DNA of 64,000 nt from IMG/VR virus record IMGVR_UViG_3300009506_000011, positions 20,187 through 84,186 of that record; one strand, given 5' to 3'. This document shows positions 27,116 through 35,781 of the stretch, one piece after another; within the stretch, counting starts at the first letter, position 1, and the number at the start of each line of letters is the position of its first letter. The translations under genes and the position numbers were made by a program. Origin of the DNA: a virus. Under the pieces are notes generated by a model. It worked only from the letters and a program-made list of their open reading frames with translations, ran no database searches and had not been told where the DNA came from.

Positions 27116-27804
27116 GACGGCCGGCCCCACTCATAGAGCGCAATGGCCAACGCCCCTTCAACGGTCAAGCCCGAAACGCGCCCCTGCATCGGAATGGTCG
27201 CGTAGCGAACCGGTAGTCCCCTGGGAAGCCCAGAGCTTTCCCCGCCGAGCAACAGCGTGTCAACTGTCTCGAAATCAACGCCATCGAGCGAGTTCAGGGT
27301 GCCGGTTTCCAACGCTAGCACCCCGTTACCGACTGGCAGTTTATCGATGCCAGCGACATCAACGCGCCCCTTCGCGCCGTAGAGGTTGCCGCTCAACCCA
27401 CCAGCGCACCTGTGGGTAAGCAAGCTGCGCACGCCGAACGCCTCACAGGTCCGAACGGCGCGGTTGAGGTTGCGGCCGACGCGGTGCAGCACAACGCGTC
27501 CCACGGTGCACATGGTCAGCAAGCGGACCAGCAAGCCGGTACGGTCACGGCCGTGAAAGCAGTGCACGAGCAGCGGCCTGCCAGCCGACAGGGCGACGCT
27601 AAGCGCTGCTTGGGCTCCAGCGCCGCTGTAGCTTACTGGACTCTTCCGGTAGCCAATGCCGGCGCTGAGGCAGGCGCGCTCGACGACTGGCCTTGGTCGT
27701 TGCGTCAGGTCCAGTACGGCCTGCCCACCGGCGGCAGCAAAAGCAACGATATCTCTGCGCCTTGGCAGAGCTGAGCGCCAGATCCCTGGTAGAAACTCCT
27801 TCAT
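27046..27804 (-). CDS. Cys-dependent (DSP/PTP) phosphatase fused to a SPOUT (TrmH/TrmL-like) RNA methyltransferase
   Basis: LLVHCFHGRDRTG; NLNRAVRTCEAFGV..LLLGGESSGLP..IPMQGRVSGLTVEGALAIALYE. Confidence 0.85.
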   Translation of the reverse strand: MKEFLPGIWRSALPRRRDIVAFAAAGGQAVLDLTQRPRPVVERACLSAGIGYRKSPVSYSGAGAQAALSVALSAGRPLLVHCFHGRDRTGLLVRLLTMCTVGRVVLHRVGRNLNRAVRTCEAFGVRSLLTHRCAGGLSGNLYGAKGRVDVAGIDKLPVGNGVLALETGTLNSLDGVDFETVDTLLLGGESSGLPRGLPVRYATIPMQGRVSGLTVEGALAIALYEWGRPSQVSSISKVTPTAPPSGREHSSS

Positions 27805-28562
27805 GTCGTTCCGTCTATGACTTCGCGATCTCCGCAGATTTCACGTAGCAGGTCTGGGTAATAAGCCAGCTCCCACTCAACACGCCCGAAGCCGGCACCT
27901 CGCTTGCCGCCTAGGCTCGCAACCCTGATCTTGCGGCGGTCAAAGAGTCCGCCTCGGGTCATAGCATAGGCAGGGTGGACAGGAAGCTTGTGCTTGTAGA
28001 GGTACGCGAAGACGTCTTCTGGCTGCCACCATCCAATCGGAGCGCAAGTGTGGGCCGTGGCGATGCCGTAGAACTTCATCCGCATGTTCCGGCCGCTGCT
28101 CTCCTCCCCTCGAATGCCGGATACGTGGCGCTCGCCGTAGCGTTCGCGAGCCAGCGCGAAGCCGCGTTCAAGCGTCCCCTTTGCATGCCAGCCGTCGGAA
28201 TCGCGTAAGCAATGCACGACGATCTCATCATACGGTAGCGGATACTTGCGCAGGAATCGGTCTCGGACCTCGCCACACTCCGGCGAGCATATGGGCTCAA
28301 CGCGCACCCAAACAAGGGGCAGCCGCACCGTCTCACGATAGAACAGGCGCCACGCCAGGTGCGCCGCTACCGTTGAGTCCTTGCCCCAGCTCACACCGAC
28401 GTAGCAGGGGCCTGACTGTGCGAACTTGTGCAGCTCCCGGATGGCCTTCTGCTCCTTGCGCTCCAGTGCCCTGAGCCGAGCGCGCAGGTGGTCCTCACGC
28501 TCGCACGTCTTCCAATGCGCGATGTCGTCTGAGCGATGTCGTGGCGAGGGAACAAGGGTCAT
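27801..28562 (-). CDS. cysH: Type IV-B-associated CysH-like (PAPS reductase family) protein
   Basis: VSWGKDS, SGIRGEESSGR, PIGWWQPEDVFAYL..LPVHPAY; in the csf operon. Confidence 0.85.
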   Translation of the reverse strand: MTLVPSPRHRSDDIAHWKTCEREDHLRARLRALERKEQKAIRELHKFAQSGPCYVGVSWGKDSTVAAHLAWRLFYRETVRLPLVWVRVEPICSPECGEVRDRFLRKYPLPYDEIVVHCLRDSDGWHAKGTLERGFALARERYGERHVSGIRGEESSGRNMRMKFYGIATAHTCAPIGWWQPEDVFAYLYKHKLPVHPAYAMTRGGLFDRRKIRVASLGGKRGAGFGRVEWELAYYPDLLREICGDREVIDGTT

Positions 28563-29499
28563 GCCGCGCTAACCACAATCCGACCAAAGCCGAAGGCCGT
28601 GCGTCCACCGAGCCCCGGCCCATTGGCAGCGCACCTCAGCAGAAACTCGCCCACGGCGTTTGTGTCCACCACCACGTGCCCAACCCAACCGGAGATCAGG
28701 CCATACTTACCGCCCATGTCGACGACCTCCTTGCGGCTGTCGTGTGAGATCACTTTGAGCATGAGGCTGTCCCGGTCGAAGCTGTCCACGCCGACGCGCT
28801 CGGGCAGCTCGGTGGCTAGGGCCGCGGTCAGGGACGTCTGCGTCGGCTGGATTCTCAGTGTGGCCCTGCCGGTGGACTGGATGACGACAGGCGTCAGGGC
28901 GTCGATCCGCAGCTTGCGATGACCTCGTTTGGAGACGCGCGGGTACCGCGGTCGCCAGCAGGCGCCGAACCCCACCTCGACGGGCGCCTGAACAGCTCCG
29001 CTCCGACGCGCCGCTGCTCGTACAGGGCCCGTGCGGCCTCGGCATCACGAACGTAGATTGCCCAGCCGATGCCGCGCCTGTGGGGCAGCAACGCCCATTC
29101 TGGCCAGCGCTGGTGCTGCAATCCGAGCAGCGTGGTCATGAGCCCATGAAGGGCGCGTGTGTTGCGGTGGTCAACCGGCCAGCGCGGCTCTGGCTCGATG
29201 AACAGCTCGAAGCCCAGGCCCGGCATGTAACCGGCATACGGCGGAGCTCCGAGCAGCCAAGGCTGACGCTTGCTGCAGCCTCGCTTCGCTGCGCACCATC
29301 TGGCATTGCGCGCCCGAGCACTTGCCACAGACCGCGGCGTCGCCAGCTTGGAACGCTGCCGGCGCTTCCCTTGGCAAACCGGGGCGCCGCAGGTCTTCTG
29401 GTGCTTGCCCCTGGGCACGAATGGGGCCTCGCAGACTGCGCATCGGTACGTTGTGGAGATGCCGTCGGCGGTAGTGTAAACCTCAGCTTGGGACTGCAC
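28559..29499 (-). CDS. cas6: Zn-finger-Cas6-like RAMP, frameshift near 28983
   Basis: AAGGAG RBS with GTG start; CAVC..CGAPVC; ALHG; LTPVVI; GWVG; C-terminal G-loop GLGGRTAFGFG; two ORFs join with +1 nt at a CCC run. Confidence 0.7.
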
Positions 29500-30133
29500 A
29501 GAGCTGCTCCTTGGCATGTGCCCAGTAGGGGTACGTCAACGTGCGGTAGGCCATCTGCGGGTCAGCTAGGCCCGGCCAGTCGGGTGGCAGTGAGCGAAGC
29601 GGGCGCCCGTCGCGCACCACCGGGAAGCCGTCCCACGGCTCGCATGGCTCGACCGACCAGCGGCGGACCTTGCCCAGTCCAACGCCGCGCTTCTTGCCGA
29701 GATAGCTGATGATGGCGAGCAGCTGCGCAATCTCGACGCGCTCGCCGATACACCACCAGCACATGGCGTCGTTCACCATGTGCTGCCCCTCGAGCGGCAA
29801 ACGATAGCTCTTGCAGGGGCCAGCGCTGATGAGGACCCGCCGAAGCTTCGCGTCGCCCATGGCCTGCGCCTCGGCGAGTGGAAAACGGCGGTTGACCCAC
29901 CGGCGCTCCACGCACTCGACCTCGGAGACGCTGAACGACGCGAGGTGAAAGCGGCCGTCTGGCTCGCGCTCAATCGGGATCTCGATAGGCTGCACATCGG
30001 CAGCGCTGAGCGGCGGCGGCATCCCGTCCCGACGCGCCACCGCAGCGGCAAGCAAGGCGTCGATGGCCAGCGGTCCGCCGGGGAGCGCGATGGGGCCCAG
30101 CAGCTCGGCGGTGATGATGAGCGGCTCAGGCAT
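29483..30133 (-). CDS. csf3: Type IV Cas5-like subunit Csf3
   Basis: PLIITAEL..LAIDALLAA..GPCKSYRLP..YLGKKRGVGLGKVRRW..LR.LP..PYW. Confidence 0.85.
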   Translation of the reverse strand: MPEPLIITAELLGPIALPGGPLAIDALLAAAVARRDGMPPPLSAADVQPIEIPIEREPDGRFHLASFSVSEVECVERRWVNRRFPLAEAQAMGDAKLRRVLISAGPCKSYRLPLEGQHMVNDAMCWWCIGERVEIAQLLAIISYLGKKRGVGLGKVRRWSVEPCEPWDGFPVVRDGRPLRSLPPDWPGLADPQMAYRTLTYPYWAHAKEQLCAVPS

Positions 30134-31112
30134 TGACCGACCGGAGGAACTCGGCGATGCGGTCCTTCCGCTTCGCCACGTGGCTCCTGAACAGCGAGCC
30201 TACCTGCTCAGCGAGCGCGGTTACGTCTACCGGGGTCAGCTCGGCGGTCGTCACGAAACGGACGTCCTGCCCGGCTACGACGCGGAGCAAGCCGTGTCCG
30301 GTGCCGCGTTTGCCGCCCACCCGAGCGTTGGTCAAAAAGGCCGCCATGGCCACCTGAAACGTATCGAACTGCAGGTCGTCGTAAACGGTTGCCTCGCATG
30401 CCCAGGAAAAGCAGCTCCCTTGTGCGACACGCTCAAAGCGGCGCGGCATCATGCTGGACTTCTCGCGCTCCCTCCCGACTGCGTCGCCCTCGGCGCTGGC
30501 TTGCTCTGAGGCGGTGAGCCGGCGGTTGATCTCGACCTGATCTCCGACCGGAAGCAGCCGACGCTTTTGCGGGCTGAGGGTCGGATCCATGCGGGTGCGC
30601 TGGACCTCCTCGACGTGGGCCCGGCAGGTGTCCAGCTCACCGAAGTGCTCGGCCGCGAATGCCAGGGCCCAGCTTGGGACGTAGCGAACCGACTCCTCGC
30701 AGATGAGCGTCGCGTCCTCGACGACGAGCTGGCCGGGAATGACGCGGTTGTCTGAGCAGCCACCGAACAGCGTCATGCTGGGCACGAGCTCGCACAGCTC
30801 CCGGTAGCGGTCCAGGTTGATGGTGCCAGCGGAGCCGCGGCCTGTGACCATGCCGCCGGCGAAAAGCAGGCGCAGCGCCGCCTCTGAGAGCTTCTCTTCG
30901 CCCAGCAGCTCAGCGGCCTCGAGAAGGGCATAGGCCGCTGCCTCGCGCATCCCGTGGCGCATCGTGTCGCCGGTGATGATCGGCACGTGGGCCCAGCCGC
31001 CGTTGTGCCGGAGCTTCCGGCGCATGATGACCGCCTCGTTGCCGATTGTTTCCTCGTGATGAGCAATCGGCAGCGCCGCCTCAAGCACGCACTCATATCG
31101 CTTCAGTCGCAT
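30126..31112 (-). CDS. csf2: Type IV Cas7-like backbone Csf2
   Basis: PIAHH..VPIITGDTMRHGMRE..LLFAGG..SMTLFGG..VGGKRGTGHG. Confidence 0.9.
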   Translation of the reverse strand: MRLKRYECVLEAALPIAHHEETIGNEAVIMRRKLRHNGGWAHVPIITGDTMRHGMREAAAYALLEAAELLGEEKLSEAALRLLFAGGMVTGRGSAGTINLDRYRELCELVPSMTLFGGCSDNRVIPGQLVVEDATLICEESVRYVPSWALAFAAEHFGELDTCRAHVEEVQRTRMDPTLSPQKRRLLPVGDQVEINRRLTASEQASAEGDAVGREREKSSMMPRRFERVAQGSCFSWACEATVYDDLQFDTFQVAMAAFLTNARVGGKRGTGHGLLRVVAGQDVRFVTTAELTPVDVTALAEQVGSLFRSHVAKRKDRIAEFLRSVNA

Positions 31113-31554
31113 CTCTACCTCTCTTATCCCAGCACTGCAGACATTGTCCCATCGGCGGAAGATCATAGGACATGACCAATCCGCACGTTTTGCATGTACG
31201 TTTCCTGCTTTCGGCAGCAAGCCGAGCCATGGCCATCAGCAGGCCGTACTCCCGCTCAACTAGGTCGAGCCATTCACCGGCAGCTCCCAGCTCCCCGACA
31301 GCGGCGCCGAGGTCAACCAAAGCCCGGCAGCCATCCTTGCCGAGCGTCGGAAGCTGCAGCCCCCGCTGCATCGCCGTCGCCCACTCGTCCGGGCTGGCCG
31401 TCCGTCTGGCGGCGCTCAGCATCCTGTTCTGGATTTGCTCCCAGTGCTTCAGCGGGCTGCCGCCGGCGGCAAGGTAGGCCCTTCGCAGCTCGAGCAGCAG
31501 CTCCACGGTCTTGGTTCGCAGGCTTTCGCGCTGCTTTTCGTCCAGCCTTGGCAC
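31093..31554 (-). CDS. cas11: Type IV-B small subunit (Cas11-like) with C-terminal CxxC-CxxC
   Basis: AAGGAGG RBS; helical KHWEQIQNRMLSAARR..EW..RGLQL; located between csf1 and csf2. Confidence 0.7.
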   Translation of the reverse strand: MPRLDEKQRESLRTKTVELLLELRRAYLAAGGSPLKHWEQIQNRMLSAARRTASPDEWATAMQRGLQLPTLGKDGCRALVDLGAAVGELGAAGEWLDLVEREYGLLMAMARLAAESRKRTCKTCGLVMSYDLPPMGQCLQCWDKRGRDATEAI

Positions 31555-32299
31555 GCTTCGCCTCCTTTTCTGCGGCCATGCGCCGCTTGACTTGGTCCTC
31601 GTCGCGCTGCGCCAGCCACAGCGCCAGCGCGAACCATCCGCCGCCGCGCAGCTGTCCGCCTTTGGCCTCGAAGCGCTGCAACGTCTCGCTGCACAGCTGC
31701 CAGGCGCGCGCCTCGTAGCGCCCCGTTTCAAGCTCGGCTTTGGTGGCGCCAGCAGTCAGCAAAGACGCCAGCTCGTCAACAAGCGCCCATCCAGCCTCGT
31801 CGCCGGGAAGCCGGATCCTGGTCTCGTCGAACAGCACCCAGCCGCCGGGACCAGGAGGGTTCACCGGGGTCCACGGCAACACGTGTTTCTGGCCGCTGTC
31901 GGCGATGGCCGCAAACCAAACGCCACGGTGTGGCCGCCGGAGAAACTCAAGCACGACGGGCTTCTCGCCCTTGCTCGCGTTCAGGTACCGCGGCTCAGCC
32001 GCCGCGTCGTACAGGTGGGAGTAGTTGCGGTAGTTGCCGCCGAGCTTCTTACCGGGGGCTGGGGGGCGCCCGGGGACCGGGGAAAGCCTGGCACAGAAGT
32101 AGACGCACGGCTCGCAGACCCATTTGCTCTCTGGACAGCGAACGCGGTTTTGGCCTGTGAAGGTTGAGCCGTTCCACAAGCTGACTGGCTGGCCCCGTGT
32201 CAGCGAGGCGGCGCAAAGCCAGCAGCGACCATCGGCCGGCGCGCAATCGGTGTGCATCGGAGCGCCGAGGTGGTGGTGCAGCAGGCGCGTGGCGCTCAT
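31313..32299 (-). CDS. csf1: Type IV large subunit Csf1 (Cas8-like)
   Basis: CWLC..STFTGQN..SKWVCEPC Zn finger; IADSGQKHVLPW.PVN. Confidence 0.85.
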   Translation of the reverse strand: MSATRLLHHHLGAPMHTDCAPADGRCWLCAASLTRGQPVSLWNGSTFTGQNRVRCPESKWVCEPCVYFCARLSPVPGRPPAPGKKLGGNYRNYSHLYDAAAEPRYLNASKGEKPVVLEFLRRPHRGVWFAAIADSGQKHVLPWTPVNPPGPGGWVLFDETRIRLPGDEAGWALVDELASLLTAGATKAELETGRYEARAWQLCSETLQRFEAKGGQLRGGGWFALALWLAQRDEDQVKRRMAAEKEAKRAKAGRKAARKPANQDRGAAARAAKGLPCRRRQPAEALGANPEQDAERRQTDGQPGRVGDGDAAGAAASDARQGWLPGFG

Positions 32300-32335
32300 G
32301 ACGGGCATCCTGCCAGCCGCTAGCGTGCTAGTCAA
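32300..32335 (-). promoter_or_regulatory. Leaderless promoter of the csf operon with GCTAGCGTGCTAG box
   Basis: TTGACT(32335-32330)-N17-CAGGAT, then 7 nt to ATG; 13-mer at 32319-32331. Confidence 0.7.
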
Positions 32336-32382
32336 GGAAAACCGACAGAGCCTGACGCGGCTGTCTGGCCTACTCTGTCCAG

Positions 32383-32745
32383 GTGCCAGATCCGCGCTAC
32401 ACGCCCTACGATGAGCTGTCGGCCCATTGGGTCGGCGCTGAGGCTCTCAAGCTCTCGCTTGTCGACCCCCTCTCACCGCTGCGGGCCAACGTCCCGATCG
32501 ATCTGGCAGTCGACTACAGCGGCGCCGGGGAGGAGGGCGTGACGCTGCCGCTCGAGCAGCTGGTCGTCGGTCCCTCACCGGAGAGCTTCCGGCGCCACGT
32601 TCACCGCCGGCAGACGCCGAGCATCATCACGTTCACGCCGCCGCAGGGCGGACGCCACATCGTCACGCTCCGCCAGATTGGCGGCGACAAGCTCTTCGGC
32701 AAGCTGGCCGTAGAGGTGGAAGGAGAGCTTCTGGATGGGAGCTGA
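32383..32745 (+). CDS. Probable virion structural protein
   Basis: TACTCT-N6-GTG start; overlaps the tail fibre start. Confidence 0.5.
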   Translation: MPDPRYTPYDELSAHWVGAEALKLSLVDPLSPLRANVPIDLAVDYSGAGEEGVTLPLEQLVVGPSPESFRRHVHRRQTPSIITFTPPQGGRHIVTLRQIGGDKLFGKLAVEVEGELLDGS

Positions 32746-34516
32746 GTTCAGCATCGAAGGCAGCGTCTCGGGCTTTTCACCGTACAGCGACGTCGGCAAG
32801 GACATCGAGCCGGGCGAAACCGTCACGCTCAAGCTCGAGAACCCCGGGACCGTATCGCAGGTCCGCTTCGATATCGAGTTCAAGTCGACGAGCTACGTCC
32901 CGAGCATCACGCTCTCCCCGCCGAGCGGCATGCCCGCCAAGCCGAGCGACGACGTCACCTTCGTGGCGCCGGTGGACGTCGTGGCCAGCTACAAGATCCG
33001 GTGCATCACCGGCGACGGGACGGCTGACGGCGCGGTCAAGAGCCGCATCGTGGCCATCCGGAGCGCCATCGGGCTGCGGCACGTCATCGTCACGGAAAGG
33101 GACGAGTACCAGCGGCCTTACGGATGGGCGGAAGCCATCAACGAAACGGTCGACCAGACGGTGGCAGCGGTCGGTGGCGACATCACAGGCCCCGGCGCGT
33201 CGACGGATGGCGCTATCGCCACCTGGAACGGCGCCAGCGGCAACCAGCTGCGCAACAACTCGCTGGCGATCATCCCGCCCGGCACCGGCCGGCTGCAGCT
33301 CACCGAGCGGATCGAGCTAGGTGACAGCCCCACGGACAATGGTCTCAACTTGGAGCAGCTGTACGGCGTGAGCTGGAACACCGAGCTTGGAGCGGCTCGC
33401 GCCATCGGGATCGAGAACGGCACCGATCTGACCATCGGCGACGTGACCAACATCGACTACGTTCTGCTGCAGGCGAAAGCCTCGAAGGCGGTGAACGTGG
33501 ACATCGGCGGCACCACCGAGCTGGCGGTGGAGACGGGCCGCGCTCGAGTGTCGAACGAGCTGAAGCTGACGGGCAAGCTCAAGATGGGGCCGACGCCCCC
33601 GGACGGCACCGGGATCAACCTCTCGACCACGCAGCCGATCACCGGGGAAACGGTGGCGCCGGATGCTGGCCAGGCGCACATGATGAGCGTCGATGCGAGC
33701 AACCGGCTGCTGCTCGGCGAAAATGGCAACCTCGGCGATGTGTACATCCGGACAAGGACCGGCAACAACGTTTATGTCGAGATCGGCGGCGCCAACAAGC
33801 TCACCGTCGGAAGCTCGCTTGTCAGCGTGTCGTCAAGCCTGAGCATCGGCGCTGTTCCGGCTCCGAGTGGCACCCTTGCTCTGCCCAAGACCGCTTCGGT
33901 GCGCGCGTCGAATCAGGGTGAGGATGACTACGTGCCGATGATTGCCACAGACGCGGGAGATCAGCTGCTCCTTGGTGGCAACTACGTCGGCAACAAGGGC
34001 ATGCGGCTCGACGTCCAAACCGGCTACATCATCGCTGCAGCTATCGCCGGGACAACAGAGCTGTCTGTTGAAGCTGGCAAGGTGGTCGTGGTCCACAATC
34101 TGGAGGTGCAGGGGGGCGAGGCGTGGGTGCCGCTTGAGCCTATCTACTACGAGATGCTCACGACGCGGATCACGACAAACGATGTCGACTTGGAAGATAT
34201 CACCGGCGCATCCGTGGCCGTTACGTTGCCAGCGGAATGCCGCCTCATCTGCGAGATGCACTGCCAGACCTCGGCGGGCACCACCTCGTGCACCGGTCTC
34301 TGGGCAATCAACATCAATGGCGTGGACAAGACGACGATGGGGCGCACCATGTCCGGCGTCAGCGACATCGGCTCTGTGAGCGTGATGGCATCGGCTGATC
34401 TGGCCGCTGGCGGACCGTATACGGTCAAGGGTCGCCACCGACGCGCCGGTGGAGCTGGCACTGTGCAAACCGAGAAGGTCCAGCTCATCGTCCGAGTTTA
34501 CGTCAAGCCAGTCTGA
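32735..34516 (+). CDS. Tail fibre protein
   Basis: GDITGPGASTDGAIATWNG..G..L motif; three internal repeats; beta-rich C-terminal domain. Confidence 0.8.
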   Translation: MGAEFSIEGSVSGFSPYSDVGKDIEPGETVTLKLENPGTVSQVRFDIEFKSTSYVPSITLSPPSGMPAKPSDDVTFVAPVDVVASYKIRCITGDGTADGAVKSRIVAIRSAIGLRHVIVTERDEYQRPYGWAEAINETVDQTVAAVGGDITGPGASTDGAIATWNGASGNQLRNNSLAIIPPGTGRLQLTERIELGDSPTDNGLNLEQLYGVSWNTELGAARAIGIENGTDLTIGDVTNIDYVLLQAKASKAVNVDIGGTTELAVETGRARVSNELKLTGKLKMGPTPPDGTGINLSTTQPITGETVAPDAGQAHMMSVDASNRLLLGENGNLGDVYIRTRTGNNVYVEIGGANKLTVGSSLVSVSSSLSIGAVPAPSGTLALPKTASVRASNQGEDDYVPMIATDAGDQLLLGGNYVGNKGMRLDVQTGYIIAAAIAGTTELSVEAGKVVVVHNLEVQGGEAWVPLEPIYYEMLTTRITTNDVDLEDITGASVAVTLPAECRLICEMHCQTSAGTTSCTGLWAININGVDKTTMGRTMSGVSDIGSVSVMASADLAAGGPYTVKGRHRRAGGAGTVQTEKVQLIVRVYVKPV

Positions 34517-35781
34517 GCGCCGCTCGCGCGCTCCAGGTCCCTCTTGACGGCCTGCAGAAGGTTGTGTAGCGCGCGCTTCGTCCACCGCCTCGGGGGCGTG
34601 CTGATAACACCATCGAGGTTGGCTATGATGCGCTCAATCTGCTCGATGAGCTGGCTCATTCTCAGGGGCTGGAAGCCGTGCAGCGCTTGCTTTGCGCGCC
34701 GATAGGCGCGGGTGAGGGCGGGGTCAATGCCTTGGGTGGTGATCGGCCACTGCGCGACAGCTCCGACGAGCGGCGAGAGCGCGGCGAAGCGGTCGGAAAT
34801 GCTCTCAGCTTGCGCTTTGAGGCTTGCGCTGCCGAGGCCAGGCGCAAGCCCGGCCAGGACGACGGACGCCTCCTCAATGGCCTTGTGCTCAGCGCTGCGG
34901 ATGTGCTCCCAGGCCGGTTGGCGCTTGTCGAAGACGGCCGCCTCGAGCGCGACGAGGCGGCCCACTACCTGCGCGATGTCCGTGCGAGCAAAGAGCTGCT
35001 CGGGCTCGGCGTGCTCACGGATCTGGCGGATGACGGTCGCGAGATCCATCGTCATCCGTTTCTCAAGGCCGCCGTCGCGAGGGTGAGCCGGGCGGGCCAG
35101 CGCTTTCTCCCAGGCGTCGCAGGCGCGCCAGAGCTGCTCAGCAAGCGTGCCTCTTGCCGCGGCCCGGATCTCGGCGCCTTGCATGCCGGGGCCGCCTGGC
35201 AGTCGCTCGTCCGCGCAGCCGTCGCAATCGCCGCCACCGGCAGCGCATTCCGCCAGCGGTTGGTTCCTGTAGCAAAGCTCCGGCCTTTTCGGAGCGACCT
35301 TCGCGGCAGGCATGACGTCCCGGCGAGTCACCTCGATCAGGTCGATGCCTTCTGTCTTTCCGGTCAGCTCTCGCAAGCGTCGACCAGCGGTCAGCAGCTC
35401 CCCACGTTCACGCTCGCGTGCGGTTATGTGCCTGGTGATGGCTGCAATGGCGCCGATGGCGTCCAGCGGGATTTCGGACAAGCCAACGGCCTCCTCCAGC
35501 TGGCGGATCCACCATGCGTCGCCGTGCATCCCGGTCATTCGCACCGTGAGGCGGCCGAGCACGTCCTCGATTGGGCTGGTTGCTGAGACGTCCTTGAAAT
35601 CACAGGCGCCGACAATCTGGCTGCACCACCAGGCATCGCGGTCGTGCAGCTCGCCAGCTGGTGGCTGCAGGCTCTGATATAGCGCCTGCACCACCGAAAG
35701 AGGCAGCGTCACCAGGAGGTCATGCGTGCCTGCCGCTTTGATTGCTTGGTGGAGTCGCTCGGAGAGATCCAGAAAATTCAC
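34498..35781 (-). CDS. Hypothetical protein
   Basis: GTGA-coupled to the ATPase gene. Confidence 0.55.
   Translation of the reverse strand: MNFLDLSERLHQAIKAAGTHDLLVTLPLSVVQALYQSLQPPAGELHDRDAWWCSQIVGACDFKDVSATSPIEDVLGRLTVRMTGMHGDAWWIRQLEEAVGLSEIPLDAIGAIAAITRHITARERERGELLTAGRRLRELTGKTEGIDLIEVTRRDVMPAAKVAPKRPELCYRNQPLAECAAGGGDCDGCADERLPGGPGMQGAEIRAAARGTLAEQLWRACDAWEKALARPAHPRDGGLEKRMTMDLATVIRQIREHAEPEQLFARTDIAQVVGRLVALEAAVFDKRQPAWEHIRSAEHKAIEEASVVLAGLAPGLGSASLKAQAESISDRFAALSPLVGAVAQWPITTQGIDPALTRAYRRAKQALHGFQPLRMSQLIEQIERIIANLDGVISTPPRRWTKRALHNLLQAVKRDLERASGAQTGLT

Noticed and set aside
23438-28562. cysH homologues as sulfur-assimilation auxiliary metabolic genes
   Set aside because: No other cys genes are present, and the contexts (csf operon; ParB/GNAT) point to nucleic-acid-related roles.
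26700-32400. CRISPR array next to the csf operon
   Set aside because: Both flanks abut other genes, and I found no repeat-spacer periodicity here or elsewhere in the window by eye.
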